Shown here one piece after another: positions 41,206 through 55,600 of a stretch of 64,000 bases of DNA. The stretch lies in contig CM082581.2 of the NCBI GenBank assembly GCA_040954595.2, forward strand, positions 3,960,699-4,024,698. Direction: 5' to 3'. The DNA is from Balanoglossus misakiensis (lineage: Eukaryota > Animalia > Hemichordata). The stretch's first letter is position 1. Every line of letters starts with the position of its first letter. Below the pieces are notes generated by a model. It had not been told where the DNA came from, made no database searches, and saw only the letters and a list, made by a program, of their open reading frames with translations. Position numbers and translations under genes: made by a program.

Positions 41206-42894
41206 CGTAGTAAATAAAGAAGCTGTGAGCCTAGTTTTGCTGATCAGAATGAAACAAACTATTTAAAGTGGGATGTTTGCAGTTTATTCAGCGTACACTC
41301 AAAATATTTATTTCTCAATGGGGCATAGTTTGAGCTTAAATCTGTCACTGTAACTTTCCTATACACTTTTTTGTATCAAACTGTATATGCTTCTTGAAAA
41401 GGAAATTCACTGATAAAATCAAATTGAAAGGCAATCATCATAACCTCTTGATAAGTTCTGACGAAGTTCACTTCTGCAGCACCAAGGGTGACTTGTCATT
41501 AATTGCAGGCTTGTTTTATGACCAGCAAGTGGTTTTCCAGCGTGCTGTCACTGACTGTTAGAAAGGTTATTGCCAGCCAATTCCCCGAAAACAAACACCA
41601 ACAAAATTGGGATCACTCAATTCCGAGTGCTTCCTTTATTTATATGCAAAGAGCGATGATTATCATTTTGATAAATTTTCGCCATGATTTTCAGCGCAGA
41701 AATTTGCGAGCGGAACTGAACCATGATAAGTAATTACTGAAAGAAAATACAATGGCATAGCGAGCATCCCCTTGTGAGTTGAGATACACAGATACTATAT
41801 GCCCGTCTACGCCGTACCACTTCCTTGTCAGAATTACAGGTGAAATAAATTGGAACTGTTTAATATGCAAAGGATCACTGTGTTTGATCTAAATTTGCAT
41901 TCTAACAGTCACACCATCAACAGATATGCTTTTACTGGAGAGTTTGACAGATAGATTTAATTTCTACTTGGTCCCAGCCTGTCTGTGCAGGAATCAAGCA
42001 AGAAAAATATGGGGCTCACTTGTTAGAAAGCGAGCAGTCGCAATAAAAAAAAGTGGTTTAGAAACAGAGCAAGGACAGCAGCTGACAAGCACAGGTACCA
42101 TATTGGAAAGTATTCCTATTAAAGTATAATATAATTAACCATAGAGTTCTCCTGAGATATTTGGATCTTAACCAAGCATAGTTAACAGAGTTCATGAGTT
42201 GTGGGAAATGGCCAAGATTAGGGAGGGATTCCCAGATCAAACCTTCAGCATTGAGTCACTGTGGAATTGTTGCTCGGTTTTAATTTGATGGTTTGTGCAG
42301 TCAGATACTGTTGAAAGCTACCGGGGGACTGATTTGCCATCCTTTGTCAAAGACACTTCAATTTCTGCTGTCTGTGTGTCTTTGCAGACTACAACAAGTC
42401 TCTCTTTGTGGGTAATGGTCAGCTACCAAGGGGCTTGTTTTCCGCTTATTTGCAAAGGGGCAAATTACACTCGCCAGTCGTGCTGTGTCAATTCACAAAT
42501 TCATTTGTGTCTTTGGCCTTTTTAACAAAGTGTAAAGCTCTTCTTTCTTCAGCCTAGCCATACTCTGCGGAAAAAAATACACAAAAGACAAAAAAATTCT
42601 TAAATAAGTTGAGAGAGATCCCAGTGTTAAAGTTTTCATCATTTAGTACAGTTTTGATTTGATGCTGTTTTTCTCCAAAAAAATTTGTTCTGCAATTAAA
42701 ACTCGCTAAAATAATAATCACTCTTGAATTTTGCATGAAAAGTTTAAAAAAATAATTTTTGATTTGTTTACAGTTAGACTGCTAGTTTTGTTGTGATCTG
42801 AAATCTCTAAACGATTGACTGCGTTTTGTGGCTAAGTTGCTTGGTGTAATCTTTCTGTGTATTGCTTGACAAGTCGACTGTTTAGCCAGCAGAT

Positions 42895-42932
42895 GTCCAA
42901 TTCCCAGTGTTCTTGAGTCCAATTCCCAGTGT
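42895..42932. repeat. 16-bp direct duplication GTCCAATTCCCAGTGT (42895-42910, 42917-42932)
   Basis: Exact copies separated by 6 nt; a partial third copy CCAGTGTCA at 42941-42949. Confidence 0.85.
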
Positions 42933-45900
42933 CAGACTCACCAGTGTCACGGCCCACATGCTATTGTTGCCACGGAGGCAAGGGGGGAAAGTTATCCACT
43001 GTGTACATATTAATACTGGCCGCCACTCATGGGGGAGCATTTTTCACGTCGTGGTGGTGAAAATGCTGCTTGTCAGTGACGCTATCAAGGGGGTCATTTT
43101 GGTAATCTGAAGTGAGTGCCTCTGCAGGCTGTGACTTTGATACCCTCCAAAGGGAACCAGTTTTTTATGCGTGGAATTGAAAATCGTGGCAGTTTGATTT
43201 ACTACGGACAAAATTTGCAGAGTACTCGGTGTGTATGCGGACGTCACACAGTCAGGTTGCACTCTGAGAATTGCTGTTTTCTCTCCGCTTTTGTGCCTTT
43301 GGATGTTATCCCTCTCCGAGGACATCAGTTGACTCTACAGATGTAACAAACTTGATTGTAATGAAATACTTGAATGTATTTGGACTATCCAGCTAGCTGT
43401 AAAAGAGCGACTGTTAATTTTATGCCACGGCAGAATGTATCAGCCAGCGCTTGACAAAGTGCTTTTTTTACCAAATAATGGACTGAAGTTACCGTTGGAT
43501 TCAGTTGACAGCCCAGGCCCCCCAAAAAAATTCAATGGAAATTTTCATTAAGAAATATTTAAGGCCGGTATCATGGGAGGCTGGATTTCTTGTGTATGTT
43601 TTAGATGAAACATTAATATCGGGGAAAAGGCACCAAGGGAACAGCAGGTAGGGAGATGCCGTAATAAGTGGTGACATGCACCGGATAGTATTAATGCTGA
43701 GTACGGTCGCAACTGAACTCGAGTCGGTATGGCGTACGCACACACCGATCTAAACACCATCAACGCTGACGACAGTCTCTTCAAAAATAAATCAAAACGG
43801 GGACACAGCTTCTGATTATAGCTTTTTCATATTTAATTATCCCCTAATCCCCCTGCATCCAATTTCTTGCAAGTTGCGAGATCGCCAACGCAGGCTATTT
43901 AGCCCCCCCTGCATCTTAAATTATGAGTGGCATGGTGTTTCGAGCAGACCCTAGCCACCTGCTCATTTGCAACTCCAGGCAAGCCACATAAATGCGCGGC
44001 GTGAATGACTTTTTTTATTCTGTATGAGAGAAACAAACACACTTCAAAATTTGTCACAAAATTGACCAAACTGAAAAAAGAAGAAGATAAAAGTCGTTTG
44101 GTAAACATGCTGGAGATATGCTTTCTGGCCCTATAGGTATAATAGGTGTCCTTTTTGTTTCAAAGGGGAGGAATATTTCCATGTTAAACAGAAAAATCGA
44201 TAGATTTTATAGAAATTCCGAACGAGGTACAAGCAGGTGGGTACTAGACGAATGTGTAAACAATTCCGAGTGATTTCAATATCCCGGGAAAAACAAACAG
44301 AACGCGAGGAGAATTGGAGTGAAATCTGATGGATCTTGGCATAAAGTTACACTCACTCAACTCGCTATGTTCATTGTATTTGAGTGGACCACATATCAAT
44401 GTCAGGTATTGTTAAATCCAATTTAACATCGGCGCTTACCTTTCTGCGCGTCAAGTTTGCGTGAAAGTAGCTATGCTGCCAGATCTCTTTGGATTTTTCT
44501 TCCCCCCCCAAACTTGGTCGTTTTTACAACAGTTAAATGAGTCATGCCCACAAAAAAGTTAGTGATGTCAAGTGGAATTTAGTGGTCGTATAAAGATCTG
44601 TCATCAAATGTGACCACCTTTGGTTTAAGTTAGTGTGGTGCTTCCTTCTGTGAAACTTTGATCGCTAATCTTTTAGCGGTTTCATCTGAAAAAAAAATAC
44701 TTGTTATTAATAAACTGTCAAGAGGAAAAATTTCTTTCATTGGTTTTAACTTTTAAGGTGCTGTTGAGATGAATGTAACTGTAGAGAAAGTTAAAACAAA
44801 GTGGGTGAATATGAGATTTTATTCGTATTAAAAATCCTGTTGATGATGATCCAGGTGAGAATTTTGCCTGACAAACATTTTTTTTTGTGCAGCGTTGTAA
44901 CATTTGGCTGTACAGATGTGGACCAGTCATGGTTAATGTACAGGAAGTATCTATTTGTTTATGGTTCGCAGCAGAACGCAGTTATTTAATACGTACAGCG
45001 CTGGTTTGCTTGCAATGTGGTGTGGCGGGGATGTTGTTTCTCCGTTCTTGAGAGGCGGGGGGGAATGTGTGTGCATGTGTGTGTGTGCAGAGGGGACGAT
45101 GTGTACTGAGCTGAGTGTTCTCTGAAAAGCCAATTCACCTTGCAGTGTGCGGCAAGTGCACAACTGTAATTCATAGCGACAGTAAATCAAAGGCGCAAGT
45201 AACTGTTCCGCTCACAACGGTGACTTCCTCTCATTTGCATCTGAGCAAGACATTAACAAAAGCAAGTTTGCTTCTTTAAAAAGCGATCTCTCAATGTCGG
45301 CGCACCTTTTTCAGAGCATGCAAATAACGCACTGAAGCCCTTCGGCCACAATCAGCAACAATAAAGACAGAGCTATAACAAGACATTGTGTTATCACTTT
45401 GTAATACAAGTGATAAAACTGAGAATGTGGAATCACACATGTCATCCAGGGATTTTATTTCCTGAATCATTGCTTTACTTCATATAATTATCCTCCACTG
45501 ATTGCAACTTTTGGTATTTCCTAATTATATCCCAATTCCAGCAAATACTAAACGCAGCCTTTTCCGCCAGCATTTTAAAATGTCGACAATTCCGTTTTTA
45601 ACCGATCCTAAAGTGGTATGCAGACCTAGTCTCAATTATTGCATTATAGACTTAGCAAGATTTATGGCACTGTTACAAAGGAAAAACTTGGGTGACACAA
45701 ACTACTGTAATTTATTGCAACAAGTCAGGATTTGCTCATCTTGGAAAAACACATCAAGACATAATGATTCTGCATTTCATATGAACCATTCAATCTTTTT
45801 TTTTTTTTGCATTTTACATTTTAATTAGCAAGAAGACATGCTCATAAAATGTGATATGGTGAACATGTACGGGGATAATTTTTTGGAATTTCTAGTTAAT

Positions 45901-46671
45901 TTATGTTTCTCGTGATGTCTTAGTGCGAGATTGTACAATGATAAGCACACAGAGTCCAATTAAAATTAGCGAGAATAACTTTGAGTGAAGCATTAAATAT
46001 TTAAACCCAATAAACAGCCGGGGTTCTCAGTGAAAGATCCCAAAACATCATCAAGTATTGGCCGAATGATAACGCATTGATGGAAGAGATGAGAAGGGAT
46101 TCTCATTGATCATATAAATTAAGAAGTGAAACAATCTTAATTGGGGCCTAAAGCAAACACCGTCAGTGGAGACGGCTGTCATTGTTTGGCGGTGCAAGTG
46201 ACATAGCGTATCTGATGGGCAAGTTGACACACTATTAGTATTGGTCATGTGTTAGATTCATTAACATGGGTGTCATAACGCCTACCTGATCCACCACAAA
46301 CTGGGTTCTTCCTCTCGCAGCTTTGTACCATATCCTACTACAAATGCAAAATGGACTAAAGACTCAAGGTTCCCAGTTGCAGATAAATTCCCCGGATTGA
46401 TTGAGGTGATATAGGCCAGGCGGATCTAATCCACAACCTAATGATAGGCATGAGCAACCCCCAGAATCAAACCACCAAGGAATTTGGCCCCGGAATATAT
46501 TTCGGAATACCTTGCCCAGGCCGGCTGACTTCTGCTTTGTGCTCGAATTAGGCAAGTTAAAAAACCAAGCGGGAATCTGTCAAATGTTGGCCGCGGCTTT
46601 AATGATGATTAATAAGCAGATTTACAATAGCAAATCACTTGCATCTTGATGAGGTCAAAGTGGTCAAATCA

Positions 46672-46685
46672 GTTGCCATGGCGAT
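46672..46685. promoter_or_regulatory. RFX X-box-like GTTGCCATGGCGAT
   Basis: One mismatch from GTNNCCATGGNNAC; preceded by AGGTCA/TGGTCA nuclear-receptor-like half-sites. Confidence 0.45.
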
Positions 46686-49600
46686 TGGCGTACGTTAAGC
46701 CGGTGCATTTGTTGACAGGGGGCGACAGGGCGTGCAGTATCTAAATGGTCATCGTCTATTGTAAAATTGAAGTCAATTTAGATACAGCATCACCTAGTTT
46801 GTGAATTCTGTAATGTCAGTCTATGTCACAGATAAACCCGCCACACAACTTTGCAGCGTCTAGTGTGTAGCAACCGTGTATGTTAGGGGGTGTTTAATTA
46901 TACATTGCAATGTCAGTTACGATGAGCGGTAGTTGCCAACTGCCTTCATATCTGACTGATCATCACGCTGCTTTACTGAGGCCATTTAAATGCTAAATAG
47001 TCGGCCTGCTAGCCGGGCCGCTTGGGGAATTCAACAAGAAATGCAGCAGCTCTGTTCGGAAAATGACCAGTGTGTTAAGTAGAGCAGTGGAGCATGAGCA
47101 TGAATGAAAAAAGATCGGGGTGGAATTTTCAGCGAGATGGCAGAGATCAGTGGCAAATGATAAAGGTCACGGATAGGAGGGGGACACTAATGGTGTAGGG
47201 ACCTCACATGGGCCCTGAAGTTAAAGGGGCTCACCTCAGAGAGTCGAGCCTAGGGGGGAAACTTCGGAAATAGCTGGTCAAAGAGTAAAGAACACTAATT
47301 TTGTCAGCATGTTTTCTAAGTGGCCAGATCTTTACCCAAACTGGAATATGAGATGCAGATTGTTAAGGACTTACGTGGAGATTTGGGCGATGGGAACCTT
47401 AAAAAGCTCAAGTTGAGTTGGATTTTTTTTTTTTGACGCATTAGTGTGGTATTAATGAGTGTGACTGGGAGATAGATAACAAGAATGGCAACTGGGGAAT
47501 TATTTGTTAGTTTGTTATGCGTGTTCTATAAAATCCAATGTCTGACTGCGAGAGCTGATCTAAGAGCCACAGGAGCAGAGGTCAAACCATAATTCTTTGT
47601 AAACTTTGACTAGAGTGGCGACTTTGACAAGATATTTTATGTGGCTCTCTTGGCATATTGTGCTGGACTTTGCCAACTCTCAAATCAGCAGATGGGCCCT
47701 GCTCCATCATTTGTTCCCGCCTTACCTATTACCATTTTTACCCTTTCTTTTCTCTCTGAGAGCTGTCCAACTTGGCTTGCGACTATAGATTTATTAGGTC
47801 AGTGTGGTATTACATGTTCAGGACAGCTCTGCTGTCGTTCATCATATCAGGTAACTTCAATTTCCATAATTTCAGTCAAAAATCGGGGAAATGTCTCTTT
47901 TTTTTCATTTAATGTAACAGAGAAGATGGATGTGTATTTTTGGTGTCTCTTTTTGTCGCTGGTAATTAAATTTATGACATGAAAATGATGTTGATGAAAA
48001 GACTACAGACATTAATCTGCAATATGCTTTGGTGCAGACAATTCACTGCTGTTCACAATGTCTGCACTGAACTCTTTCAACACAACATTAATATCAATAT
48101 TCAGCAAAGAAAAAAAAACTATTTTGAAATATTTTGTTAGTTTGAGAGAGCTACAGTCCCTGCCAACAAATTTCCTAATGTTATATTCATTGCAGTGCTG
48201 ATGAGTTTCACTTGTGATCAATTTTTAAACAAGACCCCTGACTATGAAATACCATCAACGTATTAAAAGTGGCAAGTTCATTTTCGCAATTTTACCACTG
48301 GCCTCAGATGCGTAGAATTTTTTTGTTGTATTTTGCACTTCCACGGTTGAATTCATACCCCTTTCCTGTTTCATCCTCATCCATGGCTGGTTGGAAAAGA
48401 TCACATATCCCACTGGAAAATCTCTTTTTAAAAATTTGCTCAAAATGATGCTGATAAATACACTCAGTCGGAAAAAATCCTTGACTTTTGAGGAAAATAG
48501 TGGATATAGTACTGTATATATGCAATCATCTTAATCTGCTTTTCTTTTGAGCTTAGCAAGTAACCAATCTTGTCTAAAGCGCTTTGCTGATCTTCGGGTA
48601 AATACCTTTACAAAGAAGCTGATTAGTCCATCAGACACTTCAATAATATTTTAGACCTTTTGGCTTTTGTTTAATTTTTGGTGAGTCTATTTTAGACGGT
48701 TGTGGTTACCGTGGCAATCTTCTTAAAGGGCGACTTGCCCATATTTGGCAACAGATCCGTGATCTCCCGGCTTTCAAGGGGAAGTCTGAAGTTATTGAAC
48801 AGAAAAAAATCTGCACTTTAATTTCAATTCGATCATTTGTCTGCCCCACAATCAAGCTTCTTTGGGAAGTAAGTGAGTTTGATGAAGGGAATATAATGCG
48901 CAAAAAGTAAAGGATCAGTTGAAGCGGGAGTTGTCCTCGGGGAATTCTCTATATAGGAATGGAAGGGGAAATTGTGCCGTGGGCCAGCCTGCTTTGGAGT
49001 AATCTGTCTGCCTGTCCCTAGAGCGGCTATTAAAACAGTATTACACCCTTGTAATTCCTGATTAATGAATGTTGTTTGACCAATGCCTTAAGTCCGTGTT
49101 TTCAGTCATGCCAAGGCACAGGGGTCTCGTCCAGTGCAGGCAGCAAATATGCCACTAATGAATAACACAAATAGTCAGACAAGGGCCAGGGCTTTTGTTG
49201 TGGTCTTTCCGCAATGTGTGTGCAGTTGGCTGGGGGATAAACAAAAACAAAAACTGCAACACTCCAAATGTGTTTCCGCTACCAGAATGGGTGACCTCTC
49301 GACGACCCCCTCAAGAAGCCAAGATATTGAGTTGGCGATTATTGAAATGCAGAGAACGGCTGAACTCTGACAATACTCGCATGTATAAGTGAGCATTGTA
49401 TGGCTTCCTCCCAGCAGAAATTTATAGAATACCTACAGCTGATTAAATAAAGACATATTATAGCAGTCGTGTTTGTCATAAAAGGATTCTGTACCCAAAT
49501 GGAGAGTGGTGTACAATATTAAGGTGGAGAGTAAACGCTGACTGTAGTTTTATTCCCATTTCATTGATTTGTAAAAAGAAACCAACAAACCTGGTTCATA

Positions 49601-52600
49601 TTAACAACAAATCAAGAAAACTCTTTAATTTTCACAAGTTTAACTCTTAATTTGCATCTGAGGAAACAAGTTTACTTGAAATTGGGCAGATAAAACTGGA
49701 AACTGCAATTATAAACTGATTTTCATAAATAGTTTCATCAAAATAATGAATTTTATATTTTCATACTACAAGACTCGCACACTAGAGCTTATCAATTTTC
49801 AAACAAACAAACTAAAATCAGATGACAGATTATTTCCCTACATTTTGTTTCATTATTTGAAAACATAATTCTGGATTTTGCCTTTGGTGGTGATCGAGGG
49901 GAACCGGGTTTGGACAGCAGATGTTCCAACTTTAAGGATTCAATGTTATTGGTTGATGGGACTACAATGTACATAAAACGCAAACGCATATATAGTCTGC
50001 ACTGAATTTGTGACCAGATTTTCCCTCCAAAAAGAGAGGAGGCCATAACAGCAATAGCCTCACAAATTGCTGGCTTTTTACCAGTTTAGTACCTATATTG
50101 GGCAATTTATTTTAATAGCCTGATATAGACAAGGCATTTTATTGAACTCGGTAAGTGTTTACTCAACGGATATGCCACCTAGCAGAAGTGGCAATGTTTA
50201 TGTTTAGTCAACTTTTTTTTCATTTCTGTTTTACAACTGCCTCATCTTTTTTTGAGAATATGGTGGCCAGGATAGACCCTAGCAACGGGCGTATTCCTCG
50301 ATGACCAGTTATAAAGATTGAATTAAGGCAAAATTGAATACACTGATCAGTACACTAAATTAATGCCTTTACTTAATGAGATTGTGGAACATGTGACTCA
50401 GATTCTGCATCTGCTGGCCCCGGCCTACTCCACACCACCCCCCTGTAAATACTAGCGGATCAGGACAAGTACTTCTAAATTTAATCAGTTGCACGAGCAC
50501 GTCAATTTTTTTGACTGTCAGTGTCAGGCAGGCTCTAAGATCTGTAGAGAGTGGTAAAAGTGTTTGCAATCAGATTGATGATAACCAAATTCTATCAGCT
50601 ACAAGGAGATACAGGGTACACATGACTGGTACATGTTGCCTTCCCCCATTATGTTGATAAATTCAAATCTCAACCACTTGAGCAAGTGTTGTTAGTTCCC
50701 TGATAACTGCCGTTTCATCATTGGTCGCCGACTCGATTTTCCAGGCTGTTGTCATATATACAGCAATTTTGAGGCTTTATTATGGAAACGCCCGCGGCTA
50801 TACACTCCCCGTGTACAAAAGGGACTTTGTTTGACACTGTCTTTTTTAAAGCGTGACCCCTGAGCTGGTATTGAATGGGGCACACTTAGGAGTAAATTGT
50901 TGAAGGCATTACAATATACCAGCGTGGCAGCACTGTATAGTGGCTGGGTTATTTGTTCCCGTGCTGTACAGATGTGGTTGCTTACTCTGCAATCTGCTAC
51001 AGTTTGTGGAGAGGAAGGGGGGGGGGGGAGATCGAGGCTGCCTTTAATACTGACAACATCACGAGTGACACAAGTCGCAGCCCTGGTCTGCACCAGCCTT
51101 CGTGTCTTCAAGTTGCTCATTGCTGCATATGGCAAATTAAAGTGTCAGTGGCCAAGCGCAGAGGTTGTCAACAGTGCTGTAATGTCACTGCTTGCAGCAA
51201 AAGGGGTTACAGGCAGCCGTATCCGGGGCTCTCTGGGGTCCAATTCCACTCAGAGACGGTAGTGTATATGCAAGTGTCTATCTTTTCATATCAATGCCTC
51301 TGTTGTAACAAGACATGCAATGCAGGTAGTATGTACAGTGTGTGTACGGTACCATGGTTGGAGTGCGTTTTTTTCTTTTTTTCTACCAGCACCACTGTTT
51401 TCAATCTGGCTGCTTTCAATAATCCACTGGCTCTTGGTTGTGAACCGATTATTTTATATCTGACTTATTAAGTCTAAAAGTTGGTTTCAGAATTATGACA
51501 AAGTTACACAAAGTGTATGTCTGTTTTCTTAAGGACAATGCTATAATGACAAAAATATTATAAAAATCAGGTGACTTTCAAATTACTCAAATGAAATTCG
51601 AGTTACAATACAAGAAAAATGGGGAAACATGTACAATACTTGCGGTAACCTCAGTATAAATTCAGTGCACACATATTTTTCAGTGAGTTGTGTCTGTCCC
51701 ATAAAGCTCTTACATTCAGTTTGTTCCATCCAACTTTATGATAAAATTGACTTTTTAAATTAATTTTAACTAAATTCTGAGACTTTTATTGTTCAAATCT
51801 AGAATTCACACTTTCATGCAAATACAATGAAAGTAAAATGTTAATGGTTATTGTATGAAAACATGGTAGTATTAATATTTCCTGTTGTGAATAGCTATTT
51901 CAATATTGCAGTAGTGGTCAAATAAAAAAGGAACGATTTTGCTGTGCACCCATATCATCCATAAAAATGTTTCCAAGTAGCTAGTTGGTGAATAAAGAGA
52001 GAGTACGGAAATCCATTCTAGTAATATTTATGGAAGCACACTTCCTGTTCTTTAAGGGGAGGTGGGAAAGCTTCTATGTCGCTCATCAAACAACTTCCTG
52101 TCTGTACATCATGCCTCTACTCAATGCTTTTGTCATCATCGCACACTTCTCAACCTGTTCTTCACTAAATTACAACCTTCTATTTATTTTTGTGGAATGG
52201 TCTTAATAGATTAACGGCTTCACAGTTACATATTTCAAATTCCTGATCAAAAAAAGATTGTTGATGTTTCATTTTTGCTACGTCAGTGTTTTCAGAAGCG
52301 CGTGTTTTTAGGAGGGAGAAGTCATCCTTTGTGAAGAGGTAACACGGGTTTACGTTAACACTGAGATCAATTGAGCTCTTTGAAATTGGTTTCCAAACTG
52401 ATCACAACCAATAAATTTGCAAAATTACACTTCTGAACTAATGTTTAAAAAATATCTGAGATTCCTCCGACTTGTTTTCTGCCATTTGTGTGAAGTTGTC
52501 AGCCATTTGTTTGGAGTTTTCAAACCATTTGTTCCGAAGCTACCACCAGACGATAACATAAATGTGGTGTCGTTAATGAAATTTATTAACACAAATGCTG

Positions 52601-55600
52601 CCTAACGGTAACATGATTGATCCCTGGCTGCCATTCTTTGCTTTTAATATTCCATAATGCTTTAATTTGAAAATTATACACATGTCTGGATTGTGCACCG
52701 ATATTAGTGGCTGGACATGTTATGCCAGCCTGTCAGAAAACCTCATAAAAAACAAGATGTATCTATTCAGGTTTGGACATTGCCTGTCTGCTGGTAATTA
52801 TAAATTTTATTTGCTAGATTTATGTCTTGTAGCTGCGGATTCTCGTCGTCGTTTTGTTGCAAGGCTGGACTTGTGTCGCAACATAATTGAAATAGCAAGC
52901 TTCGCGTCGGATGAACATTCAAATATCTGTCTTTCCTGACAGTTTGCTGTCAGTTTCATTTTTCAACCTTTCGTAAATATTCTGTGACTATAATTATATC
53001 AAATGAAGATTCTGAATTGTACAATTGAGTGTCGGGATAGCAGTTGGCCAATAATTTTGTCTTCAGGAAATTGTCATGGAGACCTCTCCTAAGGTTGTCA
53101 GTTGAGTTACACAATGTCTATAGATAATAGCAGGCCTGCAAAGGAATTACCGATCTGGGGATTTGTGTTTGGGGACATTAGAAAGTCACCACAGATCCTA
53201 TGAGGAAATTTAGGAATTAACTGTCAGAGGAATTAAAATAAAAGCACTTCAGTGTGTTATGTACTAGAGTGTATTGAAATTGTTAGTTTATGCTTTGACT
53301 GTGAGGGAGTATTTGAATGTATGAAATTGGCACTTTTTATTTACCTGTACAAATTATTTGTGATAGAATTGCTAAGATAAAACAGGAGAGATGGTTACCT
53401 CAGTAATATAAAAATTCAATTTACTGACTCAAACATCAAGTTTATTTGATAAAATTTCATTTGGTAAAACTTTTTGAGAATATTCAAAACAAAATGTCAC
53501 TGTCCTTTATGTTTTGGCACCCGACTGTGTGAGTTTGATATTTGCTCTAAGCATGTCAGTTACACCGACAATTTGATGTCCACAATGACTGCGACATAGC
53601 TCAATAATTTATAGCCGTTGTGTAAAAGCTTGACCATCAAGCAGTCAACAGCATTGCCTAAGTGTTTGAGTGCGTCACTGTTTTGCATAGACTTCTATGA
53701 ATTTTGATCTGTTGTGCCGGCGGCAATCTTGTCTAATGTCAGGGCTGTTTCACAAGGTAATGATTCCTTAAGTGTTGTATGCTTTTTGTCGACTTTCCTC
53801 TGTTTCTGTTGCTTTTTATTTGGGGCTCTTTCATTCTTCTTGTGTCGTAACTCGACCAGCACGGCCAGCCCCTTCACAGCGGCCGGCCGTCTTCGATCCA
53901 CACCCAGGTGATTCATTCACGTGCCGCAGTGAATTCCCACCAAAAAATGTTACCCATCTACTTGTAAACAATGCAGGCAACACCAGCTAAACAATTCCAT
54001 TCAAGAGGATAGCTTTTTTTCATTTGTCTGCCCGCATAGAATTGACTACAAAAGCCCTGCCAATGACTTCATTTTTAACAGTGGGTATTCATTGTGTCTG
54101 TGTTTACATGAAATGCCTGGCTGCATACAAATATAATTTATGACGCCCCATTGTCCATCATGCCAATGGTTGGGATTTAAGATGATTTGCTATTGGGATG
54201 TGCCTAGTTCAGTGCACCGACACAAAAAGCCGACGCTGTCACTCACGGAGCCTGCCAAAGACTCTTATCAGATCCAAGTGAAAGCTTCTACTGTTGGGCT
54301 GTTGTCCACCATCATCCCCAACCACATGTACAGCCATCGTCCTGAAAACTGGCTTCTCCACCATGCTGTTGCGTAAAACACAAGAAACATGTTGAATTTG
54401 ACAGTTTTGATGAGTTGAACTCGAAAAAAAAGATGTCTGACTGAATATAGAAAAGAAAGTGTAGTCTGCTTGCCGAGTATCTCAATACACACTTACTTTG
54501 ATACTGTCAAAAATTTCAATGGTCATTATCACCATTATATGTGTAGATGAAATTAAGAAGAGAAAATTGGTGACATTTAACAGATATTTTGGGCCTCCAA
54601 AGAGCTTGCGAAGTAATTTGGTCAAATTTGAAATAATGACATTATGTCTAATTTGGCGACGAGATGTTGCCAATTGCATGAATGTCGGAGAGCATACAGC
54701 AAACATTAACATCATGTTGTCATGACGATTTGACTGGCATGGTCACGGTTGGTCCTGCCCGCCAACTGTGATTTACGAGATGGGGGCAAAGTTTTTGGAA
54801 TGACTTGATTGGGTAAATGAGTATACCGCTGTTCATCTTTTAGTGGACAGATGTCCTATAAGGGGTTTGTCAATAGCAAACACTCTGATGCCTGAAGTGT
54901 GGTGGTCACAAAGTGACAACAAACCTAGGAATTACTGTATCACTTTACAGTTTACGTTTGTAATTGTTTCCGACGGATCAGATCATATTTTTAAAAGAAA
55001 AAAAAATAGAGCGAAGTTTGCATCATTGTTAAGGACTACAAGCATTCAGCTGATTTGCTCGTCAGTGGATTTTGGACACACATGGAGCATTTAGCTCGGG
55101 GCAGACTTTATAACGGCCAACCGCTCTGCTAGCAGATTTTAGCATTTCCGCAACGCAGCCAGTTTATGATTAAATTTGACTTTGCATGTAAGATTTTTTG
55201 GCAAAACACGAGCGAAGTAGGTTTACAAGGTTAAATGCAATTTATTGGGGAACAAGTGGGAGGCAGACTACATGCCGGGTGCCGCACCGAGCTGAAATTG
55301 CTTGATTGATCGGTTTGACCAATCAGATCAAAAAGCCGAAAAATCAGCAGTTTTCGTGCGGCATTTAATTTGGAACTAGAATTGCTGGCTTGTCAGCTGT
55401 ACTCCGTCGTAAAGCTGTAATTCTAACTAGTAAAGGGCGGCAAATACATGTGTCTTGGCTTTCAAACTGCTCGCCTTAGGCTGGGAATTGTAATTAGGGT
55501 GGCCAAGACTGACATCATGGGTTGCACCTTGGGCATTCTCCCTTGTCTGTTAAGGACATAGACTGGTGGCCTAGAGCACTGACATTGCTTATGTCTCTGA

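Noticed and set aside
32160-50190. CTCF-like motifs (~32165 AGTGCCCTCTGGCTA, ~46713 TGACAGGGGGCGAC, ~50173 TGCCACCTAGCAG)
   Set aside because: Partial matches only; not distinguishable from background without a PWM scan or ChIP.
20490-51830. About nine octamer (ATGCAAAT/ATTTGCAT) sites in intron 6
   Set aside because: Only about 3-fold above a rough base-composition expectation, and the TG/CA excess from CpG decay inflates such words.
53960-53990. NNAGNT peptide (cf. KNAGNP), and GEMRR at about 63538-63552 (cf. RDMRR)
   Set aside because: Isolated 3-4 residue matches without flanking similarity or splice sites.
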